From Candidatus Latescibacterota bacterium (GTDB taxonomy: Bacteria > Latescibacterota > UBA2968 > UBA8231), in contig OZ244561.1 of NCBI GenBank assembly GCA_965217585.1, forward strand, positions 576,001-640,000: 64,000 nucleotides of DNA. Direction: 5' to 3'. Shown piece after piece: positions 29,534 through 38,935 of this stretch (positions within the stretch are counted from its first letter, which is position 1; each line of letters opens with the position of its first letter). The translations under genes were made by a program, and so were the position numbers. Under the pieces are notes generated by a model. That model did no database searches. It worked only from the letters and a program-made list of their open reading frames with translations, and had not been told where the DNA came from.

Positions 29534-30262
29534 TCACGATTCCTCTTCCTCGTCGCCGTATGAGTGCCCGCCGAAGATGGCCCGCAGTTCGGCAGCGGAT
29601 GTGGCTTGGCGCATCTGGGCCATGCGCTCGGCCTCGTGTTTTTGCAGGGCGCGGACGTTTTCCAGCACGTCGCTGAGCTTGTCGGCGGGGAATTTTACCG
29701 CGCCGTTTTCATCCATGTGGACGATCTCGCCTGGAGCCACATCCATACCGGCGACCGAGACGGGGACATTGACCGCGTGGACCGCCATGGCACCGTGACC
29801 GGCGGTGACGCCGCTGAGCAAGTACTGGAATTTCATCGGGCGAATCTCGTCGATGTCGCGCGAGGGGCCATTGGAAATCGCGCCGACGCAGCCGACAGCC
29901 TGCATGGCAGTGGTCATATTGCCGCCAGCCAAGCCGATCTTGCCCTCGATTTCGGGCGGAAACTTCTGCTGGAAGACGAAGATCGTCGGCTTAGGCGAGG
30001 CGTCGAGGGCGTCGAGAACGTCCATGAAGCCAACGCCGTTGTAATTGGGGTCAGGCAGGCCATAGGTGCAGGTGACCGCGTAGCCGACGGTAGGGCCGAG
30101 CTCGGGATACATGCAGCGCAGCGACTGGTCGGTGTACCAGTTTTCACTCCAGGGATTGTATAGCCCCAAGCACAAGGGATCGCCTGGATAGGTAGCGACG
30201 ACATTGGTGATCGAGGGCGTATCAAAGTTTCTCAGCTCGGCGAGCATTTCTTGTTCGGTCAT
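29534..30262 (-). CDS. RraA/HMG aldolase family protein
   Basis: VGYAVT, GGNM, GPSRDIDE, GEIVHMDENG. Confidence 0.8.
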   Translation of the reverse strand: MTEQEMLAELRNFDTPSITNVVATYPGDPLCLGLYNPWSENWYTDQSLRCMYPELGPTVGYAVTCTYGLPDPNYNGVGFMDVLDALDASPKPTIFVFQQKFPPEIEGKIGLAGGNMTTAMQAVGCVGAISNGPSRDIDEIRPMKFQYLLSGVTAGHGAMAVHAVNVPVSVAGMDVAPGEIVHMDENGAVKFPADKLSDVLENVRALQKHEAERMAQMRQATSAAELRAIFGGHSYGDEEEES

Positions 30263-30292
30263 AGGAAACTCCTGATTAGGTAATGGGAAAGG

Positions 30293-30697
30293 TCAACCCG
30301 CGTCCATCGCGTTTTTCTTTTGCGCACGATAAAATAGATTCGCAGAGATAATGAGCATCGCAAGTATGATCGCAACTTTGCCGCCTAGTAAGTTCTCAAC
30401 GGACAAGGACGGCAAGGTCGCTATAATTCCGATGAGTAACGCCGCGCCGTACAGCACAAGAACATGCCACAACTTAAAATGCCAACGGCTCATGTCACTC
30501 GTTCCTTGCGTCGTCGCTTTCTTCCTTCGCGCTTGGTAAAACATATTAGCAGATACGAGGAGCATAACGAGTATGTTCAATGCGCGTGAGTCCGCCAGGG
30601 ATGCAGACATCCATATCCATACTGTCACAGCACCGATGGTTAATGCCGCGCCGTACAGCACAAGAACATGCCACAACTTAAAATGCCAACGGTTCAT
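30293..30697 (-). CDS. Small membrane protein built from two tandem-duplicated units
   Basis: RWHFKLWHVLVLYGAAL occurs twice; lower GC; RBS-like sequence before both ATGs. Confidence 0.6.
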   Translation of the reverse strand: MNRWHFKLWHVLVLYGAALTIGAVTVWIWMSASLADSRALNILVMLLVSANMFYQARRKKATTQGTSDMSRWHFKLWHVLVLYGAALLIGIIATLPSLSVENLLGGKVAIILAMLIISANLFYRAQKKNAMDAG

Positions 30698-30711
30698 GTC
30701 ACTCGCTCCTT
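30437..30711. repeat. ~70-bp direct repeat (30437-30507 and 30641-30711)
   Basis: Near-identical GCCGCGCCGTACAGCACAAGAACATGCCACAACTTAAAATGCCAACGG.. copies 204 nt apart. Confidence 0.9.
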
Positions 30712-30763
30712 ATTCGCAGTGGTTCCAATGTGCGCGTCGCACTTAAAATTCCAACGGTTCTCG

Positions 30764-31576
30764 TCAATGCTGGTCGCGGCGCGGCAGGATCGGCTGATTC
30801 TTCAGCTCGCGGATTAGCTCTACAAGCCCCTCAGTTGCCGCTGCTAAAAATTTCTCGCCCTTTTCCTTGGTGGCTTTGGTCGCGTCGCCCATCACCCCGC
30901 TGGCCGTCTGCTGACTCCAGTAGGGTATCAGCCGCGCGCCCGATCCCTCGGGATGCGTGCCAGCCAACAGGTCGGTGCGAAAGCTGGACGACAAGGGCGA
31001 GCGCTCGTCAACGGCCTTGTCCATTTCGACGAGTTCCGGCTTGAGCGCGAGATAGAGCGAGGTCTCGTATTCTCCAGCGTGCGAGGTGCCGCCGTAGTCC
31101 GAGTCGCGCAGTTCGTTGCCCACGGTCTTGGCGCGGCGTATATCCCAGTGATTGACCGAGGCGCAGAGGATCTGGCCCTCGTATTCGAGGACGGTGAGAC
31201 GGGCCGCTAGGTCGAGCGGCGAGGTGTTGGAGCCGTGGCCATTGACGATGAGGATGCGCTCAAAGCCGTGGTGGGCCAAGCTGCAACACACGTCCTTGAC
31301 GTAGCGGATAAAGGTGTCCCACGTAATGGTCAGGGTGCCGTGGAAATCCATGTGGTGCGGGCTGTAGCCGTGGGTGACGGGCGGAGCGAGCACCGCTTCT
31401 TCTGGGATGCGGGCGACGGCGCGCTCGCAGATGCCGTGGCACAGCACCACGTCCGTATCCACCGGCAGATGCGGGCCGTGGTCTTCGTGGGTAGCGACGG
31501 GCAGCACGGCGACGCGGCCCGCGGCGGCGGCGTCCCGAGTCTCGTTCCAAATCATTTCGGCATAGCGGTATTTCAC
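30764..31576 (-). CDS. Creatininase family amidohydrolase
   Basis: EDHGPHLPVDTD, GYSPHHMDF.GT, NGHGSN, HAGEYETS. Confidence 0.9.
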   Translation of the reverse strand: MKYRYAEMIWNETRDAAAAGRVAVLPVATHEDHGPHLPVDTDVVLCHGICERAVARIPEEAVLAPPVTHGYSPHHMDFHGTLTITWDTFIRYVKDVCCSLAHHGFERILIVNGHGSNTSPLDLAARLTVLEYEGQILCASVNHWDIRRAKTVGNELRDSDYGGTSHAGEYETSLYLALKPELVEMDKAVDERSPLSSSFRTDLLAGTHPEGSGARLIPYWSQQTASGVMGDATKATKEKGEKFLAAATEGLVELIRELKNQPILPRRDQH

Positions 31577-31740
31577 GGGTTTCGCTCCTCACGGCAGTAG
31601 GGTTAGATATGGAGACGCGGAAAGAGGTACGCAATTCGCGCAGCAGGAGCAAGTTGCCATTCCTCGACAGTTTTCAGCATCCCTTCTATATTTTGGAAGG
31701 GGGAACTCTACTCGCAACTTAACTAAAGGAACAGCAATAC

Positions 31741-32835
31741 ATGGGTCGCAAGATACGCCTCGGAGTGCTCTGCGGTGGGCGCTCGGCCGAGCATGAAGTC
31801 TCGGTGATTTCGGCGCGCTCGATGTTGGAAGCCATCGACAAGGACAAGTACGAGCTGGTGATGATCGGCATCTCCAAGGAAGGGCTCTGGCTGTCCGCAA
31901 CGGACACGCAGCAGCTTCTGGCGTCTAGTCAGGTCCACGAGGATGGGCTAACGCCGGTAGCGCTGGACTATCTGGGGACGCGCACGCTCGTGGCGCAGCA
32001 AGGCGATGGGCAGGACCAAACCCTCGACGTGATCTTCCCCCTCCTGCACGGCCCCTACGGCGAGGACGGCACTATGCAGGGCCTGATGGAGCTCGCCAAT
32101 ATAGCGTATGTGGGGGCCGGGGTCGTCGGCTCGGCCGTGGGCATGGACAAGGAGATGATGAAGCGGGCTTTCAAGGCCGAGGGACTGCCGCAGGTGGACT
32201 ATCAGGTGGTGCGGCGCAGCCGTTGGGAAAAGGACCGCGCTGGAGTGCGGGCCGGGATCGAAGCCGCGCTGGCCTACCCCGTCTTCGTCAAGCCGGTGAA
32301 TCTTGGTTCGAGCGTCGGGGTGAGCAAGGCCCGCGATGGTGCCGAACTGGAGCAGGCCATCGACGAAGCAGCACAATACGATTACAAGGTCGTGGTCGAG
32401 GCCGAAGCGAGCGGCTGCCGCGAAGTCGAGGTGGCGATCTTGGGCAACGAGTCGCCAGAAGCGTCCATAGCCGGCGAGATCGTGCCGGGCAATGACTTTT
32501 ACGACTACAACGCCAAATACATCGACGACAACTCCGATCTAATTATTCCTGCGCGCATCTCGCCGGCCACCCAAGAGGCCGTGCGCGAAATGGGCATCCG
32601 GGCCTTTCAGGCGGTGGAAGCCTGGGGGTTGGCGCGGGTAGATTTTTTCGTGCGCGAAAGCGACGAAGCGATCTTTGTCAACGAGATCAACACCATGCCG
32701 GGGTTTACGCCCATTAGCATGTATCCCAAGCTGTGGGAGGCGAGCGGGGTGAGCTACGGGGCGTTGATTGACCGGTTGATTCAGTTGGGGATCGAACGGC
32801 ACGAAGACAAGCAGAAGACGAAGACGGCGCGGTAA
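31741..32835 (+). CDS. ddl: D-alanine--D-alanine ligase
   Basis: GGRSAEHEVS, LHGPYGEDG, GSSVG, FYDYNAKY, NEINTMPGFT. Confidence 0.95.
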   Translation: MGRKIRLGVLCGGRSAEHEVSVISARSMLEAIDKDKYELVMIGISKEGLWLSATDTQQLLASSQVHEDGLTPVALDYLGTRTLVAQQGDGQDQTLDVIFPLLHGPYGEDGTMQGLMELANIAYVGAGVVGSAVGMDKEMMKRAFKAEGLPQVDYQVVRRSRWEKDRAGVRAGIEAALAYPVFVKPVNLGSSVGVSKARDGAELEQAIDEAAQYDYKVVVEAEASGCREVEVAILGNESPEASIAGEIVPGNDFYDYNAKYIDDNSDLIIPARISPATQEAVREMGIRAFQAVEAWGLARVDFFVRESDEAIFVNEINTMPGFTPISMYPKLWEASGVSYGALIDRLIQLGIERHEDKQKTKTAR

Positions 32836-32840
32836 CTTCT

Positions 32841-33548
32841 ATGCAGAAAGCGCGTTGGGAAAAGGGCAACGTCAGCAACCTGATTTCGCTCGCCCTGTTG
32901 GTGGCGGGCCTCTGGGGGCGCGTTGAGGGCGTCGGCGGCAGCGAGTGGGTGTTGGCGGTTGGATTGTTTGGATTTGCCGGCGGGGCGACCAATTGGTTGG
33001 CAGTAAAGATGCTCTTCGACCGCGTGCCCCTGCTGTACGGATCCGGGGTGATTCCAGCGCGGTTTCGCGCCATCAGGGAAGCGGTCAAAGACGCCATCAT
33101 GCGCTACTTCTTCGACGAGGAATATCTAGAGCGATTCTTCGCCGAGCAGATGGCCGGCGAGGATGTCGGGGAAAAGGTGCAAACGGTGCTAGCGTCCGAT
33201 GAAGTTGACGCGATCATCGACCGCAAACTCGAAGAGTTGGCAGAATCGCCGCAAGGAATGATGATCCAGTTGGTGGGGACGCAGACGGTCAAGCCGCTGG
33301 TCAAGCAGTTCGTGATCGGGTTCGGGAGCGAGATTGCGCCGCTTTTGGCCGGCGGAGCGGGTACAGAAGTCAAAGCGATGCGGGCGCAGGTTGACGGACT
33401 GTTGGAGACCAAGCTAGAGGAACTGACACCCGACCGGGTCAAGGAGATGATGGAGGAAGTAATCCGCGAACACTTGGGCTGGCTAATCGTCTGGGGCAAT
33501 GTGTTCGGTGGCACTATTGGACTGTTATCTAAAGCACTGGGGTATTGA
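32841..33548 (+). CDS. DUF445-like membrane protein
   Basis: TNWLAVKMLF..GVIP and C-terminal HLGWLIVWGNVFGG. Confidence 0.75.
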   Translation: MQKARWEKGNVSNLISLALLVAGLWGRVEGVGGSEWVLAVGLFGFAGGATNWLAVKMLFDRVPLLYGSGVIPARFRAIREAVKDAIMRYFFDEEYLERFFAEQMAGEDVGEKVQTVLASDEVDAIIDRKLEELAESPQGMMIQLVGTQTVKPLVKQFVIGFGSEIAPLLAGGAGTEVKAMRAQVDGLLETKLEELTPDRVKEMMEEVIREHLGWLIVWGNVFGGTIGLLSKALGY

Positions 33549-33549
33549 A

Positions 33550-34356
33550 ATGAGTCAATGGAATTTGCGCGGCGAAGTAGCGGCAGTTATCGGTGGGACC
33601 GGCGTATTGGGCGGAGCGATGGCCCAGGGATTGGCCGAGGCCGGAGCCTCTGTAGCAGTGTTGGGACGAGACCACGACCGGGGGCATAAGCGAGTAGCGG
33701 CGATAGAGGCAGCAGGAGGCACGGGCGTTTTCGCCGCCTGCGACGCCACGGACAAAGCGTCGCTCAAGGCAGCCCATGAAGCGGTCGTCGCGGCATTGGG
33801 TCCCGTCAATGTGCTGCTCAACGCAGCCGGCGGCAATCAGCCGCAGGTGACCCTGAACGACGACCTAGACTTTGCCGCGATAACAACCGACGATTGGCAG
33901 CGCTGTTTCGACCTGAACTTGGGGGCTGGCGCGCTGTTGCCCTGCCAAGAATTCGGGTCGGCCATGGTCGCACGGGGCCGGGGCAGCATCATCAACATCG
34001 CCTCGGTTGCCGCCCACCTGCCGGTTTCGCGGGTGGTGGCGTACTCAGCGGCTAAAGCGGCTGTATTGAACCTAACGCAATTCCTCTCGCGGGAGTGGGC
34101 TGACAAAGGCGTGCGGGTCAACTCCATTACCCCGGGCTTCTTCCCCGCCGAGCAAAACCGCCGCTTGCTCTTTGAAGACGACGGCACCCCAACCGAACGC
34201 GGCCAACAAATCCTCTCCCACACCCCCATGGACCGCTTTGGCCGCCCCGAGGAACTGGTCGGCGCAGCGGTGTTCCTCGCATCGGACGCGGCCAGCGGCT
34301 TCGTCACCGGCACGGACATCCGCGTTGACGGAGGGTTTTTGGCGACGACGATCTAA
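33550..34356 (+). CDS. SDR oxidoreductase (D-mannonate oxidoreductase/gluconate 5-dehydrogenase-like)
   Basis: GGTGVLG, NAAGGN, YSAAK, VNSITPGFF, VDGGF. Confidence 0.9.
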   Translation: MSQWNLRGEVAAVIGGTGVLGGAMAQGLAEAGASVAVLGRDHDRGHKRVAAIEAAGGTGVFAACDATDKASLKAAHEAVVAALGPVNVLLNAAGGNQPQVTLNDDLDFAAITTDDWQRCFDLNLGAGALLPCQEFGSAMVARGRGSIINIASVAAHLPVSRVVAYSAAKAAVLNLTQFLSREWADKGVRVNSITPGFFPAEQNRRLLFEDDGTPTERGQQILSHTPMDRFGRPEELVGAAVFLASDAASGFVTGTDIRVDGGFLATTI

Positions 34357-34382
34357 AGAGCGGCGAGACGCCACGCTTTACA

Positions 34383-34613
34383 GTGAAGAAAAAAACATCA
34401 CAGTTTGCGATTTGTCTCAACAACGAGGGCTATGAGGCTTCTCTTGAAGTCGGAAAAGTGTATCGCGTACTTCCCGATCGGGAGGCCGCTGCGCACGGGT
34501 ACATTCGCATGGTGGATGAAAGTGGCGAAGATTACGCATTTGATGCCGACCGCTTTTACAAGATCGAATTCCCACCCCCGGTTGAAGCAACGCTAGATGC
34601 TGCTCTGCACTAG
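34383..34613 (+). CDS. Small hypothetical protein (76 aa)
   Basis: FAICLNNEGYEASLEVGKVY..VDESGEDY reads as a real small protein; function unknown. Confidence 0.65.
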   Translation: MKKKTSQFAICLNNEGYEASLEVGKVYRVLPDREAAAHGYIRMVDESGEDYAFDADRFYKIEFPPPVEATLDAALH

Positions 34614-34640
34614 GTTATCAGGCGGCTAGGAATATGGTCT

Positions 34641-34683
34641 CGGACATCCGCGTTGACGGAGGTTTTTGGCGACGACGATCTGA
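34641..34683 (+). repeat. Copy of the last ~44 nt of the SDR gene
   Basis: CGGACATCCGCGTTGACGGAGG-TTTTTGGCGACGACGATCT matches 34313-34356 with one G deleted and TGA in place of TAA. Confidence 0.9.
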
Positions 34684-34704
34684 GCTTCGATCACAGAAGC
34701 TTAA

Positions 34705-35121
34705 TCATGGAAATTTTCTGAAATATGTAGCTGATGCTTCATAGCCAATTGCCTTGTAAAACGCTTCAGCCCTTCGAGTTGCCAACGCGATCAATCTTGA
34801 ATTTCTCTCCTTAGCTTTCTTCTCAGCAATCTCCATGAGTCTTCTACCTATGCCTTGCTTCCGGCATTCATCTTCTACGAATAATTCCTCGACCCAACTC
34901 ACAGGACCATTGGCAAAAAAGGTCAGGTGGTGAAACACCAGAACATAGCCCTTAAGATCGGATTCGGATTCTGCCACTATCAGATCAACATTCTCATCTT
35001 TGATCAATCGCGAGAAGGAAGTTTCAAAGGAATGTGCGTCGATCTCAAAACTTGAGGCGAATTTCTTTACAAGAGTTAATAGCTGATCTTGATCTTGATC
35101 CATTGCTGTTCTATAGTGCAT
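34705..35121 (-). CDS. GNAT family N-acetyltransferase (cassette gene)
   Basis: VEELFVEDECRKQGIGRRLM, AFYKAIGY; low GC; ATG lies just after a GTTATAG core. Confidence 0.85.
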   Translation of the reverse strand: MHYRTAMDQDQDQLLTLVKKFASSFEIDAHSFETSFSRLIKDENVDLIVAESESDLKGYVLVFHHLTFFANGPVSWVEELFVEDECRKQGIGRRLMEIAEKKAKERNSRLIALATRRAEAFYKAIGYEASATYFRKFP

Positions 35122-35124
35122 TTT

Positions 35125-35253
35125 CTATAACTCCGAGCAAATACAGTTATATGCTATTTATGCGAAACGAAGGTACGTCTCTTGGTGCATAGTCGCAATC
35201 GCAACGAGCGACCGGATACGAGCCGACAAAGCCGTCCGGTCCTAGTGCGAGAG
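35125..35253 (-). promoter_or_regulatory. Cassette promoter/entry module, copy 1 (Pc-like promoter plus attI-like or collapsed-attC site)
   Basis: Minus strand TTGCGA(35198-35193)-17 nt-TACCTT(35175-35170), then ATATAAC-14 nt-GTTATAG; homologous to 44213-44314. Confidence 0.6.
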
Positions 35254-35522
35254 CGCGCGAGTGGGCCGACAAAGGCGTGCGGGTCAACTCCATCACCCCG
35301 GGCTTTTTCCCCGCCGAGCAAAACCGCCGCTTGCTCTTTGAAGACGACGGCACCCCAACCGAACGCGGCCAACAAATCCTCTCCCACACGCCCATGAACC
35401 GCTTTGGCCGCCCCGAGGAACTGGTCGGCGCAGCGGTGTTCCTCGCATCGGACGCGGCCAGCGGCTTCGTCACCGGCACGGACATCCGCGTTGACGGAGG
35501 GTTTTTGGCGACGACGATCTAA
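35254..35522 (+). pseudogene. Duplicated 3' 269 nt of the SDR gene
   Basis: Matches 34088-34356 with six substitutions counted by eye, five of them synonymous. Confidence 0.95.
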
Positions 35523-35561
35523 GACCACTTCCGCAGCAGCCGGAGGTAGAACAGCGGGTTG
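35523..35561 (-). repeat. Duplicated 3' end of the geranylgeranyl-reductase-family gene
   Basis: Minus strand encodes NPLFYLRLLRKWS*, versus NPLFYLRLLWK* at 44353-44389. Confidence 0.85.
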
Positions 35562-35611
35562 CCGGAGGCCAAGACGCTACAGGCACCGCAGCGCGAACCA
35601 TGCTGTTATTC
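35556..35611 (-). repeat. Truncated (half) attC-like site
   Basis: GGGTTGCCGGAGGCCAAG..CGCAGCGCGAACC-ATGCT-GTTATTC matches the right arms of the other sites; contains the stop codon of the adjacent methyltransferase. Confidence 0.75.
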
Positions 35612-36424
35612 GATGTCCCGCCTCTTCACAACAAGAAGAATGTGGCCACTCGCACCCAAGAGAGAGCGATCTCGATCGGTTCGGTCTATCATCTCGAGCA
35701 TGATAGCCCGTTGTCGCGGATCCGACCAAATTTGATCAAAATTCTGCCAAAACCACGCCACACCCTCGACGGCGATGTGATCCACAATCTGTAAATGTGC
35801 CTCCTCAGCTTCCCGTTCGATCTCATCCGGGTGGTGGAAATAGGCATCAGTAAAGTATCTGGTATTGTCCTTGTTGGGACGGTGGACACCTGTTTCTAAG
35901 TCTTGCCGCACAATATCCAGATATTCCGGATCCTCAAATAAGCCACTTATGAAACCATCGAACATCGACCCAAACCTCGAGATATATGCCACATACCCGA
36001 CCCCGTTGGGGGCAAGCCAATCGGCGACCTTCCGTAGCACTAGGCTGCGCTCGTTTGCATCGGTGAGATGGTACATGGGTCCCAAAAGTAGGACTACATC
36101 ATACTGCTGAGACTCAAGTTCGAGAGATCGTACATCGGCAGTTTCGATCCGAGAGAGCGGATTTGGCGCTTTCTTGTTGATCGACACGGCCTCTTCAACG
36201 TGGTTAGGCATCAAATCAAACAAGGCGACCTTGTGCCCCTTCTCGGCAAGCCAGAACGCGTACGGTCCAGATCCTCCACCAACGTCTACTATCGACAAAC
36301 CAGTTTCATCGGGGAGAAACTGCTCTATGATCTGTTTAGTGCGGAGGAATTCTAGCTCGCCCCGGCCACTGAAGAGACGTTGGCTCTCGTTCTTTCTGTT
36401 GTAATAGGTCGCTATTCGATCCAA
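35606..36424 (-). CDS. Class I SAM-dependent methyltransferase (cassette gene)
   Basis: VDVGGGSGPY, LLLGPMYHL; stop TAA lies within the TAAC core. Confidence 0.85.
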   Translation of the reverse strand: MDRIATYYNRKNESQRLFSGRGELEFLRTKQIIEQFLPDETGLSIVDVGGGSGPYAFWLAEKGHKVALFDLMPNHVEEAVSINKKAPNPLSRIETADVRSLELESQQYDVVLLLGPMYHLTDANERSLVLRKVADWLAPNGVGYVAYISRFGSMFDGFISGLFEDPEYLDIVRQDLETGVHRPNKDNTRYFTDAYFHHPDEIEREAEEAHLQIVDHIAVEGVAWFWQNFDQIWSDPRQRAIMLEMIDRTDRDRSLLGASGHILLVVKRRDIE

Positions 36425-36442
36425 TCAGCACCTCATCTGAGG

Positions 36443-36835
36443 CTATTCGTCGTGGGGCCTCTCAGCCATGAGTGCAAGGATGTTCATCTCGCTATCTCGA
36501 AAGAACGCCATCCACAACTCGTGGTCTTGAAGATCAGCAATCTTGTGAGGCCCTCCATCGAATGGCACGTTCCTACCCTTCAAAACCCGGTAGGCGTCAT
36601 GGATGTCGTCAACTCTGTAATACAGAACAGAGGAATGGATATCATCAGACTGCCCCTCCGGGATACTCAACATGAGGCGTACGCCTGAGCAATCAAAGAA
36701 CGCCATGTTCGGCACCCGAAACAGGAACTGCATTTCCAGTTGATCTCGGTAGAAGGTAACTGCCCTGTCGAGTTCCTTCACGGTGACAGATATTTGCCCT
36801 ATGGTCGATAGACCGAATCCACTATGCTGCGTCAT
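36443..36835 (-). CDS. VOC/glyoxalase/bleomycin-resistance family protein
   Basis: IGQISVTVKELDRAVTFYRD, AFFRDSEMN; GGAGG RBS before ATG 36835. Confidence 0.85.
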   Translation of the reverse strand: MTQHSGFGLSTIGQISVTVKELDRAVTFYRDQLEMQFLFRVPNMAFFDCSGVRLMLSIPEGQSDDIHSSVLYYRVDDIHDAYRVLKGRNVPFDGGPHKIADLQDHELWMAFFRDSEMNILALMAERPHDE

Positions 36836-36918
36836 TCTGGACCTCCTGTGGTGTGGGTTCAATAGCTGCTCCTACGAACCTAAACTACAGAATTCCTCGG
36901 CCGCAGACTTCTCTGAAA

Positions 36919-37791
36919 TCACCTTTTTGTTCTGCGGAATTGTCTCGGCGAGAGACCATAGTGCCGCCGAAAAAGCCAACTGAATGAACCAAGGCTTGCG
37001 AATCCGATTTCTAGGGCAATCTCTGTCACAGTCCGATCTGTAGTCTCCAATAGCCTGGCGGCTCGCTCCAGTCGCTTCATAACAAGATACTGGTGTGGGC
37101 TCTGACCGACTATCTGGCGAAATGTCCGCAGGAAGTGATTCGAGGAGAGACACGCCACCTTAGCCATCGCATCGAGGGAGATCGGCTCCGAGAGGGAGGA
37201 ACAGATATAGTCGCGAGCCATGTGGATGCGACGGTAAAGCTCCTTTCGCGTCGCCGCACGAACGGCCTCAACTGTCTCTACTTCCTTCAAAACCTGATGA
37301 TGTGCACTCAGAAGTCCAACCATCACCGCGTGCATCTGCTCCTCGACCCATCCAAGCTCTTCACTTCGCAGTGAGTACTCTGATCTGAACCGGCTCAGAG
37401 TCGGAGTCAGAACGCGATCCTGCGGGCGAGTGGTCTGGAAGAATTCCAACCGGCGCGACTGACGTGCTGGATCATCAAGAAGCTTGATAGCTCTAGAATT
37501 GATGGATGCGTAGACCTCCTCAGCAAATCCATCCCTGAAGAAGACACAAAATGACCCAACAATCGAAGGAGAGTCGATAGATACCGTGTATTCCTGTCCG
37601 TAATTCAGAATCAGATATGAATGCTCATCGACTTCGATCGCGTGATTGTCGATCTCATACTTTGCCGTGCCATTTGAGAATGACTTGACCGACAGACCTC
37701 CCTTGCCCGTCCACAGATGGTGTTTGCTGGCGGCATTCAGCACTTCGTTGGGGGCACCACTATCGTATGCAGGGCCATTCATGTCGATCAA
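36919..37791 (-). CDS. AraC family transcriptional regulator
   Basis: CLSSNHFLRTF..SPHQY and IALEIGFASLGSFSWLFRR..SPRQFR helix-turn-helix pair. Confidence 0.9.
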   Translation of the reverse strand: MIDMNGPAYDSGAPNEVLNAASKHHLWTGKGGLSVKSFSNGTAKYEIDNHAIEVDEHSYLILNYGQEYTVSIDSPSIVGSFCVFFRDGFAEEVYASINSRAIKLLDDPARQSRRLEFFQTTRPQDRVLTPTLSRFRSEYSLRSEELGWVEEQMHAVMVGLLSAHHQVLKEVETVEAVRAATRKELYRRIHMARDYICSSLSEPISLDAMAKVACLSSNHFLRTFRQIVGQSPHQYLVMKRLERAARLLETTDRTVTEIALEIGFASLGSFSWLFRRHYGLSPRQFRRTKR

Positions 37792-37834
37792 GGCATTCCC
37801 TCAGAGGCTTTTATGAGTTGGTTTTTTCCATTGC

Positions 37835-37928
37835 GGATAACGTTCTCGCCGTGCCCGAACCCCAAGCTTGTCGAGGGGTTGCCGGAGGCCAAGGCGCGAA
37901 GCGCCACAGTGCAAACACGGTGTTATAG
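37835..37928 (-). repeat. attC-like site (94 nt)
   Basis: GGATAAC...GTTATAG with internal AACCCC/GGGGTT, GCC-GGA-GGC and GGCGC-GAA-GCGCC hairpins. Confidence 0.8.
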
Positions 37929-38935
37929 GCTGTGGGAGATCCCGGCACTCTCCAGCAATTCGTCTCCCATCTCGATTCCTCGGTGTGGTAGGCGCATCAA
38001 CTCACCGTGGATATCAAAAGTCGAGAATGGAGGATCTGTGATTTTAGAACCCCACTTTCGGTAGAGGAAGCTGAGTCTATCTGCATAGTAGGCTGCCCAA
38101 ACCACCGGAACGCTCTTATTTCCGACTGAGATAGAGCTCTCCCCTCGTGATAGCCAAGCAATATCTCCCTCGCTTCCGCAACATTCAGCGGTCTAGATTC
38201 ACCCATAAGATCCCCCATTAACCACTGGTGACGCGTCATGACAAGATCCACCAAAGCTGGAGAAAACTCCCCGCTGCTGAAATCCGTGAACGCGACACAG
38301 CCAGTGCCGGCCCCGATCACATTACCTGCACGAACATCCCAATGGCAAAGGATCCAAGGGACGCTTGCGTCAAGAGCCGTTGCATGGCTGTTTTCCAGTA
38401 GTTGCGCTAATTCGTACACTGGCTGTGCGATTTCCGTATCAAGCCGACCGAGCGCGCTGGAAAGTCGATCTTGCGCCCAGCGGCGGACAGGTCGCTCGCG
38501 CACTGGCTGTTCCTGAAATAATCCGGCAGCATTATGAATGCTCGCAAGAACCTTGCCCGTCTTCTTCAGATAGTCGAGATGGCGAGAATCTAACGGCTGG
38601 CCTGGAAGTAGGCTCTCCAAGGAGACTGTATAGTCCCGATATGGAACTGAGAATTCGCCGTTAAGGGTTGGTACAATCTTGGGAACTGGTGCTCTCGAAG
38701 ATGAAAGGTGGTCCACAAATCGAACGATCAACTCTGGCGGCGAGGGACCATCCCACCCTGGATTGGTGCGAAGAACAGAATTTCCTTGCGCGCTGCGCAC
38801 AAAATGGACGTTCCTGGAAGTGGGCGTTTCTACTTGAACGGCTGCGACACCCCAGTGCTTCCAGAGAATGTCTGAAGCTTCCTCAGTCGTCACCATCGGT
38901 GACGTAGATTCTCGATCACGGGGGAATGAAGTCAT
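37923..38935 (-). pseudogene. APH/homoserine-kinase-II-like phosphotransferase, frameshifted near 38108
   Basis: LASIH, HWDVRAGN (HGD expected), FTDF; coding-like sequence VWAAYYADRL..SL* continues in another frame to a stop inside the attC core at 37923. Confidence 0.65.

Noticed and set aside
34614-34620. GTTATCA as a further attC core
   Set aside because: No matching TAAC arm or hairpin beside it.
34088-35522. SDR duplicate as a diversity-generating retroelement template/variable repeat pair
   Set aside because: Differences are mostly synonymous third-position changes rather than adenine-specific, and no reverse transcriptase is present in the window.
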